From an uncultured virus (IMG/VR IMGVR_UViG_3300030019_000031) (lineage: Duplodnaviria; Heunggongvirae; Uroviricota; Caudoviricetes), in IMG/VR virus record IMGVR_UViG_3300030019_000031: 20,000 nucleotides of DNA. The stretch is one strand, 5' to 3'. Positions 8,374 to 16,918 of this stretch are shown piece after piece (within the stretch, counting starts at the first letter, position 1; each line of letters begins with the position of its first letter). The notes under the pieces are model-generated. The model made no database searches. It saw nothing but the letters and a program-made list of their open reading frames with translations, and was not told the origin of the DNA. A program made the translations under genes and the position numbers.

Positions 8374-10764
8374 TTGATAGAAGAAGCAAAAGAACTCATT
8401 GATATAGGCTTGCCTATTATACCGACATGCCCCCATGATCATAAGAACATGACCGCCAAGCATATCGAAAGATGTAAATGCGCTGGTAAAACGCCTCTTA
8501 TTAAAGAATGGCAAACACACAGTGTAACAACCCTTGAAGATCTCGATAGCTGGGTCAGAAGTTTCAAAACATTTAACCTTGGATTACCACTCGGCGATGC
8601 CTCTGGTTATTGCGGAATAGATGTTGATGGCGACGATGGTGTCAAGCTCCTGATGGACATGTCTAAAGGCGTATTACCTAGTACGTGGGAATACACCACT
8701 GGTGCGGGCAGTCGATTATTGTACTGCATTCCCGCAGGTATTAAAACTAAGAAGTTTAAACAATCTGGCGACAGTGCGCACCAGGAGTGTGCTTTACTGT
8801 GCAGCGGCCAGCAAACGATTCTTCCGCCTAGTATACACGTTTCTGGCAGAGTATACGAATGGATTGAAGGGCATAGTCCCTGGGATATGGATTGCGCCGT
8901 TGCTCCCCAATGGTTATTGGACAAGATCAAAGTAGATGAGGCTACATGGAAACCAGATGCAACAATGGATTTATCTGCACCACCGGTAGCTAATCGGCCT
9001 GTTGATGGTGCCCTAGGAGATCTAGATGATGAGTTTACATCTGAAGAGATGCAATTAGATCTTCCTCCTGAAGCACTTATTCAAGGCAAGAAGATGAAAG
9101 AGCAAGTAGGTAAGACAGGGCATAAGATTGTTATCACAGATGAACTCTTACAAGCAACAATCGCAGAGGGTGATCGTGATAATACAATGACTGCTATAGT
9201 AGGTCACTATTGTGCTAATCGTGATATGAGAAGATTTGGTAAAGCCTTTATCTTTAATGTCTGTATGAAGCATAATGTGGATCATTGTGATCCTCCGTTA
9301 GAGGAGCAAGCAATTAGGGATAAAGTCGAATACTTCTTTACAGCAGAGGGCATGAAAGATGCCTCTTTCAAAGGTAAAGGCGGTAAGGATAAAACTCCCT
9401 TTGAGGCTTCTACAATGGCAGCTATAGTATTAAGACAATTGCGTGAACAGGATATCTATTTACACTTCGACCAGCATTCAAAGATCTACTATTATACATC
9501 CGCAAAAGCAGGCCCTTGGAAAGGTTCTAAAGACTATACAATCATTCAAGGTTGGATACGTAGTGTTCTTATATCTCCTGAATACGGTGATTCAACATGG
9601 GATAAACGTTCTTTCATTGAAGAGACGCGTATGGCATTAGAAGAATCATTCACAGCGGCATATAAGGATGTAGATGATTTCGATGTAGGCGCACATGCAA
9701 AAGATTTATGTGATTTCATCGTGGTCAACAATGGTATGGTAGATTGGCGCAATAAACTATTAGTCGATTGGGATCCAGCGCTTAAAACAACGCTAGCATT
9801 CAATATCGACTTCGATCCAGGTGCTGAATGTCCTCGTTTCGAAAAATACTTGACTGACTGGTTACCGGATGAAAAAGTTAGAATGGTTATGCAAGAATAT
9901 TTAGGTTATTGTTTAATACCGAATACTAATTTTCGTAAGGCGTTATTTCTTTACGGAAAAGGTAAGAATGGTAAATCAATGCTTATCGAATTCTTACAAG
10001 ATTTCTTCGGTGACTATGGCGCCAATCTTTCGTATGAAGGATTATTCGCACGTTTCGGTCCGGCTACCTTAAAGGACAAGTTGGTCAATATCTTTGATGA
10101 TACAACAGTAGCTTTCACCAAAGAAACGAGCATCGCAAAGAACTTAATTGCTGGTGGCTCTATCTCAGCGGAATTTAAAGGTAGAGATTTGTTTACATTT
10201 CAGAATGTGGCACGTCTTATCTTCAGTTCACAAGAGACACCTAGAACATCTGATAATTCACTAGCATGGTACGACAGATGGTTCTTCATTAAGTTCCCTA
10301 ATAGCTTTCGTTCCTCTAATAAGGCTAAGTATGAAATTCAAGTGGCTTTAAAAGAAGAACGGGCTGGTATCTTCAATTGGATGATTGATGGGTTAATTCG
10401 TCTCATAAAGAACGATGATTTCACCTCGAGCGATACGTTAGATGTATATAATAATGCTTACCGTGATCAGAACGATAACGTCACACAATTTATACATTCA
10501 ATATGCAAGGAAGAGAAAGACGGAAAATTAACAGTAGCCGATCTGTACCTTGTATATAATGTGTGGATAACGACGGAGCAATTAAGGCCAGTGAGCAAGA
10601 AGGTATTTTCACAACGTGTTGGCGATATGGGATTCGAGCATGACAAATGCAGTGTTAATGGCAGAAGCGGGATGTCTTGTTTCAAAGGCTTAGCCTTCGA
10701 TAAAGAATCGGAAGACTACATAGAGCATCAGCTCGAGATATCTATAGCGTTGACGGGCAGGTAG
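8374..10764 (+). CDS. Primase-helicase: bifunctional Prim-Pol, PriCT, D5_N, SF3 helicase and C-terminal winged helix (about 796 aa)
   Basis: GKTPLI..W, NLGL..GIDVD, LPPSIHVSG..YEW; EGDRDN..CDPPL; Walker A GKGKNGKS; Walker B IFDD; likely TTG start at 8374 after GGAGGGG (track start 8338). Confidence 0.93.
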   Translation: MIEEAKELIDIGLPIIPTCPHDHKNMTAKHIERCKCAGKTPLIKEWQTHSVTTLEDLDSWVRSFKTFNLGLPLGDASGYCGIDVDGDDGVKLLMDMSKGVLPSTWEYTTGAGSRLLYCIPAGIKTKKFKQSGDSAHQECALLCSGQQTILPPSIHVSGRVYEWIEGHSPWDMDCAVAPQWLLDKIKVDEATWKPDATMDLSAPPVANRPVDGALGDLDDEFTSEEMQLDLPPEALIQGKKMKEQVGKTGHKIVITDELLQATIAEGDRDNTMTAIVGHYCANRDMRRFGKAFIFNVCMKHNVDHCDPPLEEQAIRDKVEYFFTAEGMKDASFKGKGGKDKTPFEASTMAAIVLRQLREQDIYLHFDQHSKIYYYTSAKAGPWKGSKDYTIIQGWIRSVLISPEYGDSTWDKRSFIEETRMALEESFTAAYKDVDDFDVGAHAKDLCDFIVVNNGMVDWRNKLLVDWDPALKTTLAFNIDFDPGAECPRFEKYLTDWLPDEKVRMVMQEYLGYCLIPNTNFRKALFLYGKGKNGKSMLIEFLQDFFGDYGANLSYEGLFARFGPATLKDKLVNIFDDTTVAFTKETSIAKNLIAGGSISAEFKGRDLFTFQNVARLIFSSQETPRTSDNSLAWYDRWFFIKFPNSFRSSNKAKYEIQVALKEERAGIFNWMIDGLIRLIKNDDFTSSDTLDVYNNAYRDQNDNVTQFIHSICKEEKDGKLTVADLYLVYNVWITTEQLRPVSKKVFSQRVGDMGFEHDKCSVNGRSGMSCFKGLAFDKESEDYIEHQLEISIALTGR

Positions 10765-10783
10765 CTCTAAGATACGATTAACT

Positions 10784-10822
10784 CGTTAAAAATCTTTCAA
10801 ATTGCTATATAATATTAATATA
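10784..10822 (+). promoter_or_regulatory. Phage promoter-like motif CGTTAAAAAT-N14-TATAATATTAATATA
   Basis: Intergenic; same spacing as the other copies; contains a canonical TATAAT. Confidence 0.8.
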
Positions 10823-10853
10823 AACAAAAACAATATTTTTGGGAGGTTTCTAT

Positions 10854-11318
10854 ATGGATAAGACTACGATTGAGACATTCAAATTGGTTGAGGCAATGGG
10901 TGTATGGGACGAAACAACACCTATTAGCCTTGAAGAGTACACACAACTGGTTCTTGATGAATATGTCGCAACTACCACAGAAGAAAGCAGGAGAGACGTC
11001 AGAGAGATGCTTCTTCAAGGTAACAGTAAGGAATATACAAAAGTTCTTACAGAGGAGTATATCAAACAACTCGGCTTTGACGAACTCATCAGATTACCTT
11101 TCGATAAAGCACACAAAGCGATCGACATGTTCACAATGGCCAAACGTATTAAGATTTTAGAAGATCTGAATGTCCATCGTGATTATCTATATGCACAAAC
11201 TGATCGTTACGGTCAAGGTGATAAAGAAACACAAATCTCCCCTGCAACATTCAGGATGATGATCGGTAAGATCAAGCATCTCGAAATTATTCAGACGTGG
11301 TTATACGGTATTAAATAA
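10854..11318 (+). CDS. Hypothetical protein (154 aa)
   Basis: Start moved to ATG 10854 after GGGAGG. Confidence 0.8.
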   Translation: MDKTTIETFKLVEAMGVWDETTPISLEEYTQLVLDEYVATTTEESRRDVREMLLQGNSKEYTKVLTEEYIKQLGFDELIRLPFDKAHKAIDMFTMAKRIKILEDLNVHRDYLYAQTDRYGQGDKETQISPATFRMMIGKIKHLEIIQTWLYGIK

Positions 11319-11330
11319 GGAGGAAAAACA

Positions 11331-11504
11331 ATGGAAACACTCAATGCCATTTTAGGTTTATTGTTGTTAGTAGCCGGTATAATTGCAATCATAAGTGTCA
11401 TAACATTAATTTGGACTGGGGCATTATTCCCATTTCAAGTGCTACTGACAGCAGTCGTAATATTTCTTTGTGTCTTAGCAGTTATCAAATTAGTAAATAA
11501 CTAA
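11331..11504 (+). CDS. Small two-TM membrane protein (57 aa; not in ORF track)
   Basis: AAGGAGG RBS; METLNAILGLLLLVAGIIAIISVITLIWTGALFPFQVLLTAVVIFLCVLAVIKLVNN fills the gap between genes. Confidence 0.85.
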   Translation: METLNAILGLLLLVAGIIAIISVITLIWTGALFPFQVLLTAVVIFLCVLAVIKLVNN

Positions 11505-11516
11505 GGAGGATAAGTA

Positions 11517-11777
11517 ATGTTTACATGCATACATTGTCATAGCAAATTCGAAGTGCCCCTTAGTGTTAAAGTAAATCAAGCTGCTCCCGGTGAACGGCCG
11601 TACTACGAAAAAGAATTATGTTGCCCACAATGTGGAGTTATTGATCCTGTTGTAGTAGGCAATTGTCATTTTTGTGGTAAGTTAGTTGATTCAGAGGATC
11701 TTACTATTATGCTCGATGACAAAACAGACAAACCTGAATGGGTTTGCCCTGAATGTCTTAAAAAGGAGGACGATTAA
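11517..11777 (+). CDS. Double zinc-ribbon protein (86 aa)
   Basis: CIHC, CPQC, CHFC, CPEC; AAGGAGG RBS. Confidence 0.85.
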   Translation: MFTCIHCHSKFEVPLSVKVNQAAPGERPYYEKELCCPQCGVIDPVVVGNCHFCGKLVDSEDLTIMLDDKTDKPEWVCPECLKKEDD

Positions 11778-13129
11778 TGGATCCTTTAATCTTTTCCGAA
11801 GCAGAAGCGCATGAGCGTTTCAATTTTCACATGTTCTATGAAAACACCTTCGTCACTATGAAAAAGAACACTCCGCATTTCATTAGTGGATTAGACGCAG
11901 ATATGCTCTTCTCTATATTCAAAACGCGTTATCCTAACACAGAGTTATCAGCAGATATCATTCGGCATATTCTAGTATTCGGTGGCTACATGGATAATAG
12001 CGAAGGACGAGTCTATTGTGCCATAAGAAAAGAGACCTTCAGTGCTTGGCCAAAAGAAACTCAGAAGTATATTCTGAACTATGCTGACTACGCAAACACA
12101 TTCGACTTTCGTCAGATGATGATAGAGGATGCGGGGCTTGTTTCTCCTTTTGGCGATATCGTCGATGAGGGCGTAAAGCTATTCATGTGGAATCAACTAT
12201 ACTGGCGCAATTTCAAATACTATCATGCAATGCCTATAAGGTTTCGTAAGGCACCACAAGGAGCCATCTATCGGCACTATCAATCATACTGTCTCAAGCG
12301 TGGATACAAACCAGCAACTCAAGCGCAACTGATTGATGCAATAGTCAAAAAAGGTGGTGTCAAGGCAAAAGGTTATTACAATGGTGTTGCCGGACTCAAT
12401 GTATTCACTAATGTGTTCATTCCCTTTACACCAGAAGATAGCATTTGGAGCATCGAAGAAGGAGTAGCTGTTATTACTTTGGATGGTAAGCAAATCTTCA
12501 ACGATGGTCGCCTCGTACAGAATTTCTCTGAAGACGGATTAACCGCCTATCTTAACAGCAGATTGGAGTTAAATCATGAACCGAGAACAACGCAGGAAGA
12601 AGAAATCAAAGTCTACACTGACACTGGGACAAAAACTAAAAGCCCAGCGCAGATTATCCCAAGAGGAAAGACAAAAAGCAAAGCAGCAACCAGTAACACA
12701 GACAATGATGGATGCGGTGAAGATGCCAATAGCGGGAGCATCCTTCCCGTCACAAGTAATCAAGGAGATGAAATTCCCGTCAGAGTTGACACGTCCTCTA
12801 TCAGAGAAAGTGAATGTGCCAGCGATACAGTTACAGACACAAGCACAGATGTATCAACTAGCTCAAGCGATGTCGACAATCATTGCGAAGAAGAACCAGA
12901 TCTAATTGACGAAGCGGAATCTAACACTACTGGTACGGAAGATCCTGCTGGGATGCCTACCGCAGATGAAATTGTAAAGCAGCTAGTGATGCTCTGTACC
13001 ATGTTTCCTGCAAGCGTAGCCAAAAAAGATATCCAGACATATCTTATCTCTATGCAACAGGAATTTCCTGAAATAGGCGATGTACAGGATTACTGGGACT
13101 TATTACAAGTAGCCCTTAAGGAGCAGTAA
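11777..13129 (+). CDS. Hypothetical protein (450 aa) with a D5-type winged-helix segment, a low-complexity linker and a small helical C-terminal domain
   Basis: TAATG coupling and AGGAGG RBS; segment AIYRHYQSYC..NGVAGLNVF resembles the primase C-terminus. Confidence 0.8.
   Translation: MDPLIFSEAEAHERFNFHMFYENTFVTMKKNTPHFISGLDADMLFSIFKTRYPNTELSADIIRHILVFGGYMDNSEGRVYCAIRKETFSAWPKETQKYILNYADYANTFDFRQMMIEDAGLVSPFGDIVDEGVKLFMWNQLYWRNFKYYHAMPIRFRKAPQGAIYRHYQSYCLKRGYKPATQAQLIDAIVKKGGVKAKGYYNGVAGLNVFTNVFIPFTPEDSIWSIEEGVAVITLDGKQIFNDGRLVQNFSEDGLTAYLNSRLELNHEPRTTQEEEIKVYTDTGTKTKSPAQIIPRGKTKSKAATSNTDNDGCGEDANSGSILPVTSNQGDEIPVRVDTSSIRESECASDTVTDTSTDVSTSSSDVDNHCEEEPDLIDEAESNTTGTEDPAGMPTADEIVKQLVMLCTMFPASVAKKDIQTYLISMQQEFPEIGDVQDYWDLLQVALKEQ
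12576..12905 (+). CDS. Probable nested gene in an alternative frame: basic, Gln-rich protein (109 aa, MNREQRRKKK...)
   Basis: GGAG RBS 7 nt before the ATG; protein-like composition; spans the low-complexity linker of the 450-aa ORF. Confidence 0.55.
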   Translation: MNREQRRKKKSKSTLTLGQKLKAQRRLSQEERQKAKQQPVTQTMMDAVKMPIAGASFPSQVIKEMKFPSELTRPLSEKVNVPAIQLQTQAQMYQLAQAMSTIIAKKNQI

Positions 13130-13130
13130 T

Positions 13131-13406
13131 ATGAACAGAATAAGTAAAGTACAATCCCGTGGCGAAGTATCTAAAAAATACTTCGCCACTTCTGCTAATA
13201 CGTGGAAAGTGGAACTATATTGTTACGGACATCTCCTAGAGACATATGACAATCTTACATTCGAAGAGTGTAAACAACGTTATATGTTAGAGGAGCAAAA
13301 TAGCAACCAGGCAGTTGTGATATATTGTAACACTCAACGATTAACCATTAATGAAAAATGGAAACTCTTCTGGGAGAGGCCAAAGTTCAACACCTCTATT
13401 TATTAG
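13131..13406 (+). CDS. Hypothetical protein (91 aa)
   Basis: AAGGAG RBS; adjacent to the upstream stop. Confidence 0.75.
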   Translation: MNRISKVQSRGEVSKKYFATSANTWKVELYCYGHLLETYDNLTFEECKQRYMLEEQNSNQAVVIYCNTQRLTINEKWKLFWERPKFNTSIY

Positions 13407-13433
13407 GTATTGGATCTAAAATGCAATATCTGC

Positions 13434-13462
13434 TTGCTATCTTTTCGTTTTTGCTATATAAT
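13434..13462 (+). promoter_or_regulatory. SigmaA-type promoter TTGCTA-N17-TATAAT
   Basis: Perfect -10, 4/6 -35, 17-bp spacer; intergenic before a run of small ORFs. Confidence 0.7.
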
Positions 13463-13500
13463 TATATTATAAAATAATTCAATAGTAAGGATGGTGCATT

Positions 13501-13635
13501 ATGACCGCAAAAAATCAGCGTGACTGGGTCTCAAAGGCTTATTCATCAGTAAGTTGGAAAGCTAAGGTAAAAAATATGACGGATGCTCAAGTAACCGCCG
13601 TTTATCTTTCATTTCAACGTCGCGGAAAAGTTTAA
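13501..13635 (+). CDS. Small basic phage protein (44 aa; not in ORF track)
   Basis: MTAKNQRDWVSKAYSSVSWKAKVKNMTDAQVTAVYLSFQRRGKV; AAGGATGGTG RBS; the W..KV..M.D.QV.A.Y pattern is one I recall from phage hypothetical proteins. Confidence 0.8.
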   Translation: MTAKNQRDWVSKAYSSVSWKAKVKNMTDAQVTAVYLSFQRRGKV

Positions 13636-13646
13636 GGAGGGAATAA

Positions 13647-13799
13647 ATGAAAAAAGCAGACTTTTGTAAAAAGTGCGCAATACATCTTGGAAAATCACAG
13701 TTTAACAAATTCGCATGTACCACTTGCAAAAGACTAAAAAATGTCTATCATCCGAGTATGTTTATTAAAGCAGATAAGAAAAGTTTAGGAGGGGAGTAA
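13647..13799 (+). CDS. Small basic CxxC..CxxC protein (50 aa; not in ORF track)
   Basis: AAGGAGG RBS; MKKADFCKKC...ACTTCKR. Confidence 0.75.
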   Translation: MKKADFCKKCAIHLGKSQFNKFACTTCKRLKNVYHPSMFIKADKKSLGGE

Positions 13800-13800
13800 A

Positions 13801-13983
13801 ATGGCAAGACTTATTCCTAGAAAAATTATTAACGGCAAAGTGTATAAGATGTGTTCAAAGTGTCACAAATACATACCCGAAACAGAATTCAATCGCGAAA
13901 CCAAACGTGGCGACAGAATTCAAGGGTACTGCAGAGATTGTCAATCAGAGTATCTAGCGACTCATTATAAGGAGGATAAGTAA
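13801..13983 (+). CDS. Stand-alone C4 zinc-finger protein (60 aa)
   Basis: KMCSKC..EFNR..GYCRDC; purine-rich RBS. Confidence 0.8.
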   Translation: MARLIPRKIINGKVYKMCSKCHKYIPETEFNRETKRGDRIQGYCRDCQSEYLATHYKEDK

Positions 13984-15444
13984 ATGGCTAAACGTCCAGG
14001 AGATGTCTCTTACAACGGTTGGTGTGTATATCAATTTGAAGACTATTATACAGAACCAAATAGTGCATGTCAAGAATGCGGGTTCCATAAATGGGGAGTA
14101 TGTGCAGAAAAGTTTCTCCCCTATAACACCAAAACTAACAATCGTGGCTCAGCGCCGCAATGTCTTGTACACGCATTTATGGCAAGATATTCACTCAAGT
14201 GCGGGGATAAGTTTCTCATCAAGAACTTGGATAACGGTATTATCTTAGGCGGCGTCAGTGGAAGTAATACTTCTCCACAATGGTATTACTTCGACAAGGA
14301 TTGCAAATTGCATCACACAGCCAATGTGCATGGTGGAGAATCTTCTTCAGTAATGTGGAAACTCTTAGCCGGTCAATATGCTTTAATTAGCAGAGAAGCA
14401 CCAACAGCTGTAATTCAAACTTGCATCAGACATACCGAAGAACTCTTACCATGGGAAGAGACAGGTAAAGGATGGACAAGACAAACAGCCAATCAAATAC
14501 TTTGCCTTGTTAATTATTCTTTCTTAGGGCGTAAACCTAAGAGCATAACTATTTTCCCAGGAACACATCTATATTGTCGGAATGAATCATGCAGCTTAAC
14601 ACAAGACAATTTCGATACCTATCTCTATATCCTTAGAGGGGAAAGATACAGCTGCGTTGTAGCAAATCCCTCAGCCATTACCGAATGTAATACGGGCACA
14701 CCAAGAAAACAGGAGGATTCTCTAATGCAAAAACAAACAGTCGAAGTAAATGTTACCATCAATACCCGGTTTGATAACAAGGAACTATGGATTACCAGAG
14801 GTAGATCTACTGTACGGTTCAAAGATATGACAACGGCTCATCTGCTTAATACCCTGCGTATGTTTATCCTTTATCCGGAGCGTACAGAGGATATGCTCAT
14901 CAGAGACATCGAAGCTGTCAACTCTGCAAGTCTTATCCCTAGAGAATGGCAAGGTATTGTCAAGCAGCACACGTGCGATGATCAACTCAGGATATTGCTC
15001 AATCAGATCACGACTTGGAATCGCAAAACATATGTGCTCTTTGCTCTACGCAGCGAGGTAGCAAGTAAGATGCGTAATGAGCTCTATAACAGAGGTATCA
15101 ATGTTGCCGCATCAATCAATAACTTCTTCGATGAGGTACCTGCGCTTCGTGGTATGACATATGCCAAAAATGTTAGTCGTACTAAGAATCCCGAATTCCG
15201 TACTGATTTCTTTTCAACATGGAATGTCATTACAATCTCAGCTCCTATGCCATTGTCAATCACAGTGGCTTACGATCCGCTCAAAGTATCATTGCCCGAA
15301 GAAAATGCCACTGTTGTAGGACGCAATGTAGTTGGCGAATCTTTCAGTTTTGATACCCCCCCTTCTATTGGGATGCGCCGCCTCCTTAGTTGCAACTATG
15401 ATTGCTCATGTGACAGATCATGTTCTGATTGCCCTCGCTTCTAA
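13984..15444 (+). CDS. Multi-module hypothetical protein (486 aa) with a probable internal start at 14725
   Basis: AAGGAGG RBS; internal AGGAGG-N8-ATG at 14711-14727; WIT..KDMTTAHLLNTL module; Cys-rich termini. Confidence 0.75.
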   Translation: MAKRPGDVSYNGWCVYQFEDYYTEPNSACQECGFHKWGVCAEKFLPYNTKTNNRGSAPQCLVHAFMARYSLKCGDKFLIKNLDNGIILGGVSGSNTSPQWYYFDKDCKLHHTANVHGGESSSVMWKLLAGQYALISREAPTAVIQTCIRHTEELLPWEETGKGWTRQTANQILCLVNYSFLGRKPKSITIFPGTHLYCRNESCSLTQDNFDTYLYILRGERYSCVVANPSAITECNTGTPRKQEDSLMQKQTVEVNVTINTRFDNKELWITRGRSTVRFKDMTTAHLLNTLRMFILYPERTEDMLIRDIEAVNSASLIPREWQGIVKQHTCDDQLRILLNQITTWNRKTYVLFALRSEVASKMRNELYNRGINVAASINNFFDEVPALRGMTYAKNVSRTKNPEFRTDFFSTWNVITISAPMPLSITVAYDPLKVSLPEENATVVGRNVVGESFSFDTPPSIGMRRLLSCNYDCSCDRSCSDCPRF

Positions 15445-15480
15445 AATCCAAATATACACATTTGAAAGGAACTAAATATT

Positions 15481-16026
15481 ATGTATAACACAAACACCAT
15501 GAGAGAAGAAAAAGACCGCTATCTTGATCCATCCCTGCATAACTTTGAAAATAGGCGCAATCTTCGCCAAAATATCCACAACATCGATGCCGAGGGTAAA
15601 AATGTTATTGCCCTTGTCAAAATCAGGCAGATTCAAAAACAATGCCTCGAAGGGAACATGGATCCCACAATGAGCATGACACTCAGGATTGCTGGCATTA
15701 ATGTAGCTGTTGTGGTTCCTTCTGAAACGCTCACCGAAGTCATGTCTGTTATTGAGCGGAATGTGCAGAAAACGCTCGATGGAGTTCTTTCTCAGCCAAT
15801 AAACATTCCACCGCAAATGCATTATGAAGAAGTACATCACGATCCGCATCCAACGGAAAAATATGATGTGTCTGATTTTGCCCCATCAGAGGAGGCAATA
15901 GTAGAACAAGATACCTCATCCTCTGTACGTGCGATGACGGCAGAAGAGATAGCAGAACAAGAAGTTACAGAACACTATGGCTATAAGCTATCAGGTGTTT
16001 CTACGCCAAGAGATTCGAGGTATTAA
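15481..16026 (+). CDS. Hypothetical protein (181 aa, acidic C-terminus)
   Basis: GAAGGA RBS; operon context. Confidence 0.75.
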   Translation: MYNTNTMREEKDRYLDPSLHNFENRRNLRQNIHNIDAEGKNVIALVKIRQIQKQCLEGNMDPTMSMTLRIAGINVAVVVPSETLTEVMSVIERNVQKTLDGVLSQPINIPPQMHYEEVHHDPHPTEKYDVSDFAPSEEAIVEQDTSSSVRAMTAEEIAEQEVTEHYGYKLSGVSTPRDSRY

Positions 16027-16027
16027 G

Positions 16028-16246
16028 ATGCTAAGGATTGGCTTTGAAGTACCACAGTGGACACATAATAGACCAATAGAAGAGTACACAGATGAAGAAC
16101 TATTGGAATATTGGTATAAATTACGTCTTGGTTCTGCTACTTCTGGTGAAAAAGGCGCTGTGGATGAAAGATCCAGTAGCACAGCATTTCTTGTCGTTGA
16201 CATGCAAGAGGAAATGCTCAAGCGGATGAGGGAGGGAAAGAAATGA
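16028..16246 (+). CDS. Hypothetical protein (72 aa)
   Basis: Start moved to ATG 16028 (GAGGT RBS), which removes the overlap. Confidence 0.75.
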   Translation: MLRIGFEVPQWTHNRPIEEYTDEELLEYWYKLRLGSATSGEKGAVDERSSSTAFLVVDMQEEMLKRMREGKK

Positions 16247-16494
16247 CAATTCTCTTTCGCAATAGCTCAGCATTACTCAGTTGCATGGAATGCGACAATG
16301 TGTGGATCAGCACAGCAAACTCGAAGATAGTCATTTATGGTAGCACTATTAGTGACAGTGATAGTTCAATGCAACTAAAGACATGTACTACGATTGACGA
16401 AGCGGAACAATATGTGCGCGGCATCTATAACGGAGATACAGACTTATCATGGAATCATAAACCGAGAGGTGTAAATGATGAAAGCAAATTATAA
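16243..16494 (+). CDS. Hypothetical protein (83 aa)
   Basis: ATGA coupling; GGGAGG RBS. Confidence 0.75.
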   Translation: MTILFRNSSALLSCMECDNVWISTANSKIVIYGSTISDSDSSMQLKTCTTIDEAEQYVRGIYNGDTDLSWNHKPRGVNDESKL

Positions 16495-16672
16495 CGGCAG
16501 ATACGGATGCAATGCTCCAAAGAATCATCAACCTCACACAAAGAAAGGTACAATAGGTGATATGCAATTGATACAAAGTCTAGCGCTACTGCAAACAATC
16601 AATCATATGGGTGCTGTACGCAGATTGAAAGTACCTGAGCTAACAGTATCACAATCTAATACAGAAGGATAA
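16475..16672 (+). CDS. Hypothetical protein (65 aa)
   Basis: GAGGTG RBS; last gene before the terminator. Confidence 0.65.
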   Translation: MMKANYNGRYGCNAPKNHQPHTKKGTIGDMQLIQSLALLQTINHMGAVRRLKVPELTVSQSNTEG

Positions 16673-16694
16673 GCATTCGTACCAGTGTAATAAC

Positions 16695-16729
16695 AAGCGT
16701 AGCTGTACCTAACGGTTACGCTTATTTTT
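16695..16729 (+). terminator. Intrinsic terminator
   Basis: AAGCGTAGCTGT-accta-ACGGTTACGCTT (12 bp, two G-U) followed by ATTTTT. Confidence 0.85.
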
Positions 16730-16918
16730 ATGCCCTAACATCATGGTACGTAAAGACGATGCCGCGCGTGTAAACCCATATGCGAAGCAGACGAAACAGT
16801 TTCAACTGACTAACCTTGAGAGGAGGTCAGGGCAGCGAACTTCTGCCTATCTCCAAATGCCTTTATGTTGTGAACTCTTAGTCTGTTGTGCAAGTGGCTC
16901 CAACTTATGTTCTCGGTG

